Shown here: positions 1 through 6,173 of the stretch, piece after piece | Numbering within the stretch: position 1 is the stretch's first letter | Layout: each line of letters starts with the position of its first letter | Source of the DNA: a virus | Lineage: Duplodnaviria > Heunggongvirae > Uroviricota > Caudoviricetes | DNA length: 12,086 nt | Direction: 5' to 3' (one strand) | Virus record (IMG/VR): IMGVR_UViG_2703718792_000009 | Notes under the pieces: model-generated | Told to the model about the DNA's origin: nothing | Seen by the model: only the letters and a program-made list of their open reading frames with translations | Databases searched by the model: none | Program-made: the position numbers and the translations under genes

Positions 1-564
1 TTTGCTGCCGCTCTGAATTGCAGCATCCGGTTTAACCACAGAAAGATCGTTTTCTGGCTGGTCAGAGGATTCGCCAGAATTCTCGGACGAATAATCTTTT
101 CTTTTTTCTTTTGTAATAGTGTCTTTTGTGTCCCCCTGTTTTGAGGGATAGCAATCCCCCAATTTGAGGGATGTTTTATCCCTCGTTTTAGGGGATTTTC
201 CCTCGTTTTGAGGGATACACCATTCTGAGATGTTTTTATTTGGTCCAAACATGCCGCCTTGCTGCTTGATAATATTCATTCTGACGAGTTCTAACTTGGC
301 TTCATTGCACCGTTTGACGGGTAACTTTGTAATCTCGCTAAGTTGAGAATCGGTGATTCTGTCCATTGGTTTATTCCACCCATAGGTTTTACGCAGAATG
401 GCAAGCAGCACTTTAAACTGTCGCTTGGTCAGATCTGCGCCTGAATAAGCCTCAAGCAGCATATTTGATAGTCTGGCGTAACCATCATCGAGATCTGCCA
501 CATTACGCTCCTGTCCGGCAAAGTTACCTCTGCCGAAGTTGAGTATTTTTGCTGTATTTGTCAT
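1..564 (-). CDS. O: Replication initiation protein O (lambda O-like), N-terminal ~188 codons; 3' end lies beyond the window start
   Basis: Minus-strand frame from ATG (complement of 562-564) reads MTNTAKILNFGRGNFAGQERNVADLDDGYARLSNMLLEAYSGADLTKRQFKVLLAILRKTYGWNKPMDRITDSQLSEITKLPVKRCNEAKLELVRMNIIKQQGG..., matching lambda O as recalled; open to position 1. Absent from the ORF track because it runs off the edge. Confidence 0.9.
   Translation of the reverse strand, partial: MTNTAKILNFGRGNFAGQERNVADLDDGYARLSNMLLEAYSGADLTKRQFKVLLAILRKTYGWNKPMDRITDSQLSEITKLPVKRCNEAKLELVRMNIIKQQGGMFGPNKNISEWCIPQNEGKSPKTRDKTSLKLGDCYPSKQGDTKDTITKEKRKDYSSENSGESSDQPENDLSVVKPDAAIQSGSK
95..217. repeat. ori-lambda-like origin: four ~19-20 bp iterons (131-150, 154-173, 177-196, 198-217) plus adjacent AT-rich tract (95-130), inside the O coding sequence
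   Basis: Four tandem copies of a TCCCTC-N5/6-GAGGGA-type inverted-repeat unit at ~21-23 bp spacing, followed on the O-downstream side by a T/A-rich stretch (aatcttttcttttttcttttgtaatagtgtcttttgtg). Confidence 0.85.
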
Positions 565-596
565 AATGACTCCTGTTGATTGATCCAGTAATTCCC

Positions 597-893
597 TCAG
601 AATTGCATATCAATTTGCTTAAAATCCTCGGTGGCAGCCGGGGATTTTTTCTTTGTGATTTCATCAAGCGCATACTTAAAAGCCCTGCTAATCGGACTGA
701 TGTCTGATGCCATTCCGAAAGCACACAAGACCGAAGCAATAAATCTCCAGTCCGTTCTGCTTATCTTCGATTCATGACAGCCAATCATCTTTGCCAGACC
801 GCGCTGAGTAAGCGCTGACAGGTTGATAAGTAAATCTGTTTCTGCGCGATCAACGTCGCGCTGTGATAGTTTGCTGTAACTTGTTTGTTCCAT
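597..893 (-). CDS. cII: cII-like transcriptional activator
   Basis: 98-aa ORF; C-terminus ITKKKSPAATEDFKQIDMQF resembles lambda cII (...ILTNKKRPAATERSEQIQMEF) and an internal SKISRTDW segment resembles the cII HTH region; lies between cro and O as in lambda. Confidence 0.8.
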   Translation of the reverse strand: MEQTSYSKLSQRDVDRAETDLLINLSALTQRGLAKMIGCHESKISRTDWRFIASVLCAFGMASDISPISRAFKYALDEITKKKSPAATEDFKQIDMQF

Positions 894-903
894 TTCTTAA
901 GAT
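871..903 (+). promoter_or_regulatory. PRE-like cII-dependent promoter candidate: TTGC-N6-TTGT (871-884) with a possible -10 TAAGAT (898-903), directed toward cI
   Basis: TTGC tgtaac TTGT direct repeat inside the first codons of cII, the position of the lambda TTGC-N6-TTGC cII site; second repeat is imperfect. Confidence 0.4.
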
Positions 904-978
904 TTCCAATAGTGAATAGCTAGTTGAAAGGTATGCATGGAAACGCATATGGCCTTGGTTGGTCAGATATCTTGGGAC

Positions 979-1024
979 TCGCTTTTCAGCGACGTAGGAC
1001 GAATGTCCGTTGTTACAAAGAGCG
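979..1024 (-). promoter_or_regulatory. nutR-like site: boxA (complement of 1010-1024, CGCTCTTTGTAACAA) and boxB hairpin (complement of 979-992, TCGCT-GAAA-AGCGA)
   Basis: boxA-like CGCTCTTT motif followed ~17 nt later by a 5-bp stem with GAAA loop, in the cro-cII interval; the nutL counterpart has the same loop and a covarying stem. Confidence 0.55.
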
Positions 1025-1034
1025 GATCCGCTTA

Positions 1035-1250
1035 TTAAGCGGATTTGTGTTCTGGCGGGAATACGTCATCAAGACTTACTTTTGCGCCTAACTTGTTTAG
1101 ACACGCAACAAGAGCACGGCATGTTTTAAGGTCTGGGAAGCGACGACCAGATTCCCAATGTCCGATAGCTCCCTGTGTGCATCCAACTTCCTTAGCAAGT
1201 GTTGTTTGAGAGATATTCAGTGACTCTCGATATTTTCGTAGGTTGCTCAT
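1035..1250 (-). CDS. cro: Cro-like HTH repressor (71 aa)
   Basis: Start taken at the internal ATG (complement of 1248-1250), preceded by GGAGGG; [39 protein letters not shown]... is an HTH_XRE-type domain resembling the N-terminus of the adjacent cI; divergent from cI across an operator region. Confidence 0.8.
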   Translation of the reverse strand: MSNLRKYRESLNISQTTLAKEVGCTQGAIGHWESGRRFPDLKTCRALVACLNKLGAKVSLDDVFPPEHKSA

Positions 1251-1276
1251 ATGCCCTCCATAGTAACCATGAAGAA

Positions 1277-1305
1277 AAAATACAATATGTACTTTTTGAA
1301 TGCAA
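1277..1305 (-). promoter_or_regulatory. PR-like promoter for cro: -35 TTGCAT (complement of 1300-1305), 17-bp spacer, -10 TATTTT (complement of 1277-1282)
   Basis: Read on the minus strand upstream of cro; good -35, canonical spacing, A/T-rich -10. Confidence 0.5.
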
Positions 1306-1349
1306 GCAAAAATACACATTGTGCATGGATGGTTGCAATACAGAGCGTA
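1281..1349. promoter_or_regulatory. OR-like tripartite operator: three TACA-N3-TGTA-type sites (1281-1291 TACAATATGTA, perfect palindrome; 1313-1323 TACACATTGTG; 1339-1349 TACAGAGCGTA)
   Basis: Three related 11-bp sites between the divergent cro and cI starts, centres spaced 32 and 26 bp; the same motif recurs three times upstream of N. Confidence 0.5.
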
Positions 1350-1360
1350 ATAATAAGGAC

Positions 1361-2020
1361 ATGAAAATGAAATGGTATGAACTGGCTAGATCCAGAATGA
1401 AAGAGCTCGGCATAACTCAAGAGAAGTTAGCCGAAGAGCTAGGTATGACGCAGGGTGGGATTGGACACTGGTTGCGCGGATCTCGTCATCCATCTCTTAG
1501 TGATATTGGTGTGGTGTTTAAATACCTTGGTATTGATAACATATCATTCAACCACGACGGGACATTTTCACCTGTTGGCGAATACTCATCGGCCCCAGTT
1601 AAAAAACAATATGAGTACCCTGTTTTTTCTCATGTTCAGGCTGGGATGTTCTCTCCAGAACTTAGAACCTTTACCAAAGGTGATGCAGAGAGATGGGTAA
1701 GCACAACCAAAAAAGCCAGTGATTCTGCATTCTGGCTTGAGGTTGAAGGTAACTCAATGACCGCACCAACAGGTTCCAAGCCCAGTTTTCCTGATGGAAT
1801 ATTAATTCTGGTTGACCCTGAAAAGGCCGTTGAGCCTGGCGATTTCTGCATAGCCAGACTTGGTGGTGATGAATTTACCTTCAAGAAACTGATCAGGGAT
1901 AGCGGTCAGGTGTTTTTACAACCACTAAACCCACAGTACCCAATAATCCCATGCAATGAGAGTTGTTCCGTTGTGGGGAAAGTTATCGCCAGCCAGTGGC
2001 CTGAAGAGACGTTTGGGTAA
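1361..2020 (+). CDS. cI: cI-type prophage repressor with LexA/S24-like autocleavage domain (219 aa); C-terminal domain lambda-cI-like, N-terminal HTH of a different immunity type
   Basis: C-terminal ~135 aa ([63 protein letters not shown]...[23 protein letters not shown]...[10 protein letters not shown]) match lambda cI as recalled, including the GNSM serine and FKKL lysine; N-terminus [37 protein letters not shown] is unlike lambda. Start set at ATG 1361; the longer track ORF from 1199 would overlap cro and the operators. Confidence 0.9.
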   Translation: MKMKWYELARSRMKELGITQEKLAEELGMTQGGIGHWLRGSRHPSLSDIGVVFKYLGIDNISFNHDGTFSPVGEYSSAPVKKQYEYPVFSHVQAGMFSPELRTFTKGDAERWVSTTKKASDSAFWLEVEGNSMTAPTGSKPSFPDGILILVDPEKAVEPGDFCIARLGGDEFTFKKLIRDSGQVFLQPLNPQYPIIPCNESCSVVGKVIASQWPEETFG

Positions 2021-2049
2021 CCACAATACAACCTTGTTGTCGCAAAAAG

Positions 2050-2097
2050 ATCGCATATGCGATTGTTTATTAGAAATAGAAATCGCCATATAGGCGA
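2050..2097. promoter_or_regulatory. Two palindromes with TCGC/GCGA half-sites in the cI to 2139-gene intergenic region (2050-2063 ATCGCATATGCGAT, perfect; 2083-2097 TCGCCATATAGGCGA)
   Basis: Read directly from the sequence; located 40-90 bp upstream of the 2139 start codon. Function unknown. Confidence 0.3.
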
Positions 2098-2138
2098 ATA
2101 GTCGATCGCGGCGCATAACCTAAGGAAATCAATAACAT

Positions 2139-3041
2139 ATGCCAAATTTACCGATGGGCGGATCGCAGGGTGAATTACCCTTAGTACCTACAGTAGAAGT
2201 TGTTGCTGATGGCATTCCTATGGGGGTGCTTAATGATGGAACCCCTTATCTAACTCTTTACGGTTTAGCCAAATTATGTGGCATAGATGAAGCACCTCTT
2301 CGAATGTTTACATCTAACTGGGAGACTGAAAAAAATAAGCCAAGAGGACAAAAAGTAGCTGCATACTTAGCTGAGAAAGGATTTAACAACGTTGACCGAC
2401 TGTATACCCGCGTCATAAATAGCTCAAACGTTGAAACACATGCTTATCCTGACTATGTTTGTATGGCTGTTCTTAGGTACTATGCCCTCGATGCCACAAA
2501 TTTTGATAGATCCGTTGCAATAGGAAACTTTGTTCGCTTAGCTGAATACACGCTCAAGCGAATGATCTATGAAAAAGCAAACTATAACCCCAACGCTGCC
2601 ATAGACGTTTCATTCGAAAACTATAGAGCTCGTATAAAGCTAAACAACCAAATACCAACAACTCATTTTGCTGTATTCAGAGAAATAGCAGATATTGCAA
2701 TGACGTTAATAGGAAATGGCTTTCCTATGGATGATACCACGTCACTAGACGGAAGCGTTGGAAATCACTGGGGAAAGTATTGGACAAAAAACAACCTTTC
2801 CGAGAGATTTGGTGATAGAGTTCAATATCAACACATTTTCCCTGAAAACTACAGGCAATCTGCAGCCAACAAGTACATAAAAGCCTGGATTTACCCTATC
2901 GAATCATTGGGGCTATTCAGGAAATGGCTTCACGATAACTATGCCATGGAAAAACTACCCAAATATCTTGGAAACAAAAAAATCAGTAACATAACTGAAC
3001 TATTGGAAGCCGTCAAAAAACCAGCATTACCAAACCAGTGA
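2139..3041 (+). CDS. Hypothetical 300-aa protein in the rexAB-equivalent slot (between cI and PL/nutL); candidate prophage-encoded anti-phage (abortive infection / exclusion) protein
   Basis: Long clean ORF; AAGGA 12 nt upstream of ATG; followed by a strong intrinsic terminator. Not RexA-like. No P-loop or obvious nuclease motif seen. Looks AT-richer than cI by eye (not computed). Confidence 0.8.
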   Translation: MPNLPMGGSQGELPLVPTVEVVADGIPMGVLNDGTPYLTLYGLAKLCGIDEAPLRMFTSNWETEKNKPRGQKVAAYLAEKGFNNVDRLYTRVINSSNVETHAYPDYVCMAVLRYYALDATNFDRSVAIGNFVRLAEYTLKRMIYEKANYNPNAAIDVSFENYRARIKLNNQIPTTHFAVFREIADIAMTLIGNGFPMDDTTSLDGSVGNHWGKYWTKNNLSERFGDRVQYQHIFPENYRQSAANKYIKAWIYPIESLGLFRKWLHDNYAMEKLPKYLGNKKISNITELLEAVKKPALPNQ

Positions 3042-3062
3042 TAAAATTATTTACGCTACAGC

Positions 3063-3090
3063 AACCCGGCCTCAGCGCCGGGTTTTCTTT
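3063..3090 (+). terminator. Rho-independent terminator after the 2139-3041 gene (t_imm-like)
   Basis: aaCCCGGC-ctcagc-GCCGGGtt stem (8 bp) followed by TTTTCTTT. Confidence 0.6.
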
Positions 3091-3231
3091 GCCTCACGCC
3101 CCCACCTAAAGACACATAACCAAATGTATTTATTGAAAAATAAATAGATACAACTCACTAAACCACGCAATTCTGATCTCTCCTTACATCGCCGAGGCGA
3201 TACACCCACGCTAAAAAACAACACTATTAAA

Positions 3232-3300
3232 TACAAAGTGTTATAAAAAATCACCCTATTTTAGAACAAATCGTATTGACCCAATAAAGTACATATCGTA
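3232..3300. promoter_or_regulatory. OL-like tripartite operator: TACAAAGTGTT (3232-3242), AACAAATCGTA (3265-3275), TACATATCGTA (3290-3300)
   Basis: Same TACA-N3-TGTA family as at OR; centre spacings 33 and 25 bp, close to the 32 and 26 bp at OR; overlaps the PL -35/-10. Confidence 0.45.
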
Positions 3301-3304
3301 CTAT
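3276..3304 (+). promoter_or_regulatory. PL-like promoter: -35 TTGACC (3276-3281), 17-bp spacer, -10 TACTAT (3299-3304)
   Basis: Consensus-like -35 with canonical spacing, ~190 bp upstream of N and ~45 bp upstream of nutL boxA. Confidence 0.5.
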
Positions 3305-3350
3305 TTAACCGTCAGCAGGACGCTGGAAGCCAAACGGAACAGACTGGCAG

Positions 3351-3396
3351 GCTCTTTAAACAACGTCGAACTCTCGACTACGTGGCTGAAAAGCCA
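3351..3396 (+). promoter_or_regulatory. nutL-like site: boxA GCTCTTTAAACAA (3351-3363) and boxB hairpin TGGCT-GAAA-AGCCA (3383-3396)
   Basis: boxA resembles the CGCTCTTTAACAA-type consensus; boxB has the same GAAA loop as the nutR candidate with a compensatory stem change (GG/CC here, CG/CG there). Confidence 0.55.
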
Positions 3397-3494
3397 GATC
3401 ACCCAACCACATAAGCTATGGGATGCAATGCCGGAGCAACCGTCTCAGGAGGAGCTTCGAGATTGCATCGCCAAAGTTTATTCGGGAGGAATCC

Positions 3495-3767
3495 ATGTCC
3501 AGAAAAACAGAATTTAAAGGCACCGCAGCTTCTCGCCGTAGAGCTCGTCGCGCAAATCTGCAAAGTCAGGAGGCGATCAGCTCCGACAAGCTACACAGGC
3601 CAACCCCTTCACGAGTGGTCTTGCAATGCAAGCGCAAACCAGCAATGAGAGCAGAAGTGATAACTCTGACAACGTTGACCAGAAAATATGAAGGTTCAAC
3701 TTGTCTTCCGAACGTAGCTCTTTACGCGGCAGGCCACCGGAAATCCAAACAACTGACAGCAAGATGA
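3495..3767 (+). CDS. N: N-type transcription antiterminator, P22 gene-24-like (90 aa)
   Basis: Arginine-rich motif near the N-terminus (ASRRRARRANL) and C-terminus NVALYAAGHRKSKQLTAR, close to the P22 gp24 C-terminus as recalled; GGGAGGA RBS before ATG 3495; downstream of PL and nutL. Confidence 0.8.
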   Translation: MSRKTEFKGTAASRRRARRANLQSQEAISSDKLHRPTPSRVVLQCKRKPAMRAEVITLTTLTRKYEGSTCLPNVALYAAGHRKSKQLTAR

Positions 3768-3828
3768 CTTGTGTTGGTCACCAGAAAATGAAATCAGGCA
3801 GCAAACCACTTATTTGAGAGGAATTAAT

Positions 3829-4452
3829 ATGTCATCAATCCGCTTAACTACGAGAATGAAAGAGGATATCGCTCGTAACGCTTTAATTAAGTCCGGGGTT
3901 TTCACCGAACTTGAAGAAGTAACAAAGTTAAAGAACCGGCTTGCACTTGACGCCAGAGTTGTTGCGTTTGGCGGTAAAAAGAAAACTGAAGAAGTGGATC
4001 AGTTATCATCCAGATTAATGGCTATAAGTGAAGAACTTGAAAAGATGGGATGTTCATTTTACTCATACGATGTTCGTTCTACTTCAATTTATCTGACTGT
4101 ATCTGGCAGAAGGGTTGGCTGGTATTCATATGGAAAAGACGGTAACGGCGAAGATATATTGCTCCCTACTCCTAACAGAGATAAATGCATGTTTAACGCA
4201 GAACACGAAATAACAAAAAGGTTTGATGAAATCTGCGCATTGCAACAAAAACTTGAAGCCAGGAAAAAGGATATCGAATCAAATGTATGGGCTGCTTTGA
4301 ACTCAGTAACAACAGTTAAGCGACTTATTGAAGTTTGGCCTGAAAGCAAAGAATTGCTACCAAAAGAAGCAGATAAAGCAAGTACAGCACTTCCTGCTTT
4401 ACGGGTAGAAGATTTGAATAAGATGATTGGACTTCCTTCCGAGGCCGCATAG
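3829..4452 (+). CDS. Hypothetical 207-aa soluble protein in the N to cIII interval (ral/sieB-equivalent accessory slot)
   Basis: GAGAGGA RBS 6 nt before ATG 3829 (the track ORF begins at a TTG at 3769); no hydrophobic segments; no motif I recognise; stop codon sits in the loop of a terminator hairpin. Confidence 0.7.
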   Translation: MSSIRLTTRMKEDIARNALIKSGVFTELEEVTKLKNRLALDARVVAFGGKKKTEEVDQLSSRLMAISEELEKMGCSFYSYDVRSTSIYLTVSGRRVGWYSYGKDGNGEDILLPTPNRDKCMFNAEHEITKRFDEICALQQKLEARKKDIESNVWAALNSVTTVKRLIEVWPESKELLPKEADKASTALPALRVEDLNKMIGLPSEAA

Positions 4453-4467
4453 TCGGCCTTTATTTTT
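4442..4467 (+). terminator. Rho-independent terminator (tL1-like) overlapping the stop of the 207-aa gene
   Basis: AGGCCG-catagt-CGGCCT stem followed by TTATTTTT. Confidence 0.5.
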
Positions 4468-4557
4468 GGCATAAACAACAGAATAAACACAGCACTGTGT
4501 ATTCATTCCAACGAGTGAATACACGGAGCAATTTAAAGCGTAAATAAGGAGCACACC

Positions 4558-4698
4558 ATGCAATATGCCATTGCAGGGTGGCCTGTTGCTGGCTGCCCTT
4601 CCGAATCTTTACTTGAGCGAATCACACGTAAATTACGTGACGGATGGAAACGACTCATCGACGTACTTAATCAGCCAGGAGTTCCCCAAAATGGATAA
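4558..4698 (+). CDS. cIII: cIII (46 aa), lambda cIII-like
   Basis: MQYAIAGWPVAGCPSESLLERITRKLRDGWKRLIDVLNQPGVPQNG, near-identical to the recalled lambda cIII N-terminal 46 aa; AAGGAG RBS upstream. Confidence 0.85.
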   Translation: MQYAIAGWPVAGCPSESLLERITRKLRDGWKRLIDVLNQPGVPQNG

Positions 4699-4804
4699 AA
4701 CACTTATGGCTATCCAGACTAAATTCACTATCGCCACTTTTATTGGCGATGAAAAGATGTTTCGTGAAGCCGTCGAAGCCTACAGGAAATGGAGGTCAAA
4801 ATGA
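4691..4804 (+). CDS. kil: Kil-like small protein (37 aa), overlapping the 3' end of cIII
   Basis: MDKTLMAIQTKFTIATFIGDEKMFREAVEAYRKWRSK; position and overlap with cIII as for lambda kil, and similar to my recollection of lambda Kil, which I cannot verify. Confidence 0.55.
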   Translation: MDKTLMAIQTKFTIATFIGDEKMFREAVEAYRKWRSK

Positions 4805-4989
4805 TTCCGGTAGAACTGGCGAAAACTCCAGAGTTAAGTCGATTAAAAAGAGAATATCACATTGCTGAGGCTCGTTACTGGCGTAAAGCGGGAGATAAAT
4901 CAAAGAAACAACTTTGTTTATGGCAGGCACAAAGAGAGCGCATGAATGAGCGCGAGTTTCTTTCCTCCCCATCCGAATTACCATTCTGA
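4801..4989 (+). CDS. Hypothetical 62-aa protein in the position lambda uses for gam
   Basis: GGAGG 5 nt before ATG 4801; ATGA overlap with the kil stop; basic, no recognised motif. Confidence 0.5.
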   Translation: MIPVELAKTPELSRLKREYHIAEARYWRKAGDKSKKQLCLWQAQRERMNEREFLSSPSELPF

Positions 4990-4997
4990 GGTGAATT

Positions 4998-5705
4998 ATG
5001 GATTTGAATAAATTCGATGAGCCATTCAGCCCCGAAGATATCGAATGGCGAATACAGCAAAGCGGTAAAACACGCGATGGCAAGGTGTGGGCTATGGTGC
5101 TGGCTTATGTCACGAACCGGGCAATCATGAAACGCCTGGACGATGTTTGCGGAAAAGCAGGATGGCGCAATGAATACCGCGATATTCCCAACAACGGCGG
5201 CGTTGAATGCGGCATATCAATAAAGATTGATTCCGAATGGGTCACCAAATGGGATGCTGCTGAAAACACGCAGGTAGAAGCCGTCAAAGGTGGTCGTTCC
5301 GGTGCAATGAAGCGCGCTGCCGTTCAGTGGGGAATCGGTCGGTATCTGTATAACCTTGAGGAAGGTTTCGCACAAACATCTCTCGATAAAAAGCAGGGGT
5401 GGCACAGGGCAAAACTGAAAGATGGAACAGGATTTTACTGGCTCCCTCCATCTCTGCCGGGATGGGCAATCCCAGCATCAGATAACAAACCATCACCAGA
5501 AAATACCAACCAGAAATCTCCATCGGTTGACTGCGAACAAATCCTGAAAGACTTCAGCGATTATGCGTCAACAGAAACTGACAAGAAAAAACTCATCGAG
5601 CGTTATCAGCGTGACTGGCAATTAATGGCTGGCAACGAGGAGGCGCAGGCTAAATGCGTTCAGGTAATGAACATCAGAGTTAACGAACTAAAACAGGCGG
5701 CATAA
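4998..5705 (+). CDS. Rad52/Sak-like single-strand annealing protein (235 aa)
   Basis: N-terminal pattern DIEWRIQQSGKTRDGKVWAMVLAYVTNRAIMKRLDDVCGKAGWRNEY is typical of Rad52-family phage annealing proteins; GAGGTG RBS; sits where lambda has bet. Confidence 0.7.
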   Translation: MDLNKFDEPFSPEDIEWRIQQSGKTRDGKVWAMVLAYVTNRAIMKRLDDVCGKAGWRNEYRDIPNNGGVECGISIKIDSEWVTKWDAAENTQVEAVKGGRSGAMKRAAVQWGIGRYLYNLEEGFAQTSLDKKQGWHRAKLKDGTGFYWLPPSLPGWAIPASDNKPSPENTNQKSPSVDCEQILKDFSDYASTETDKKKLIERYQRDWQLMAGNEEAQAKCVQVMNIRVNELKQAA

Positions 5706-6173
5706 ATGTCTCACTTGGACGGAATTATTAAAAGATTCGAGTCCAGCTACAAAGTTAATGAAACAACAGGTTGCTGGGAGTCTACCTATTCAAAAAACAA
5801 AGGAGGATACACAAAATTTGTAGCCTTTGGCGTAACAATGCTTTCTCATCGGGTTGCTTTTGAGCTTTATCACTCCCCCATTCCATCTGGGAAGATGGTT
5901 TGCCACAAATGCGATAACCCATGCTGCGTTAATCCTGAACATCTCTTTTTAGGTAGCGCGCAAGAAAACATGGACGACAAGATAGCAAAAGGAAGGCATC
6001 GTGGAGCCAAGAAAGGTCATGCTCATCATGGTGCAAAATTAACAGAGTGGCAGGTTATAGAAATTAGGAAAAGACTCTCTGAAAAAGAGAGTCAGTACAA
6101 GATAGCAAAAGACATGGGTGTATCTCAATCAATTATAAGCAACATAAAAACTGGCAAGAGGTGGAGCAAATGA
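5706..6173 (+). CDS. HNH endonuclease (155 aa), free-standing
   Basis: Core [27 protein letters not shown] (HNH with Cys-rich metal site); start is immediately after the annealing-protein stop and the stop overlaps the ssb start (ATGA). Confidence 0.8.
   Translation: MSHLDGIIKRFESSYKVNETTGCWESTYSKNKGGYTKFVAFGVTMLSHRVAFELYHSPIPSGKMVCHKCDNPCCVNPEHLFLGSAQENMDDKIAKGRHRGAKKGHAHHGAKLTEWQVIEIRKRLSEKESQYKIAKDMGVSQSIISNIKTGKRWSK

Noticed and set aside
524-739. 71-aa minus-strand ORF overlapping cII in another frame; also minus ORFs 1192-1413, 1636-1884, 1906-2145, 1925-2116
   Set aside because: They overlap the well-supported O/cII/cro/cI genes or their control region out of frame or antisense; no independent support.
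1199-2020. 273-aa plus-strand ORF version of the repressor starting at 1199
   Set aside because: The N-terminal 54 codons would overlap the cro coding region and the operator/promoter region; the lambda-like repressor begins at ATG 1361, giving a normal-length 219-aa cI.
3072-3254. 60-aa minus-strand ORF in the AT-rich region between the terminator and PL
   Set aside because: Lies across a terminator and an operator/promoter region, has no RBS and low-complexity composition; more likely non-coding regulatory DNA.
3365-3378. GTCGA-actc-TCGAC hairpin first considered as nutL boxB (and GGAC-attc-GTCC at 997-1008 for nutR)
   Set aside because: These two spacer hairpins differ from each other, whereas the GAAA-loop hairpins a few bases further on (3383-3396; complement of 979-992) share the loop and a covarying stem, so the latter are the better boxB candidates.
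3418-3648. 76-aa plus-strand ORF overlapping the N gene in another frame, and the 114-aa N-terminally extended N ORF from 3423
   Set aside because: The extension would start inside the nutL/leader region; the GGGAGGA RBS supports ATG 3495. The alternate-frame ORF has no support.
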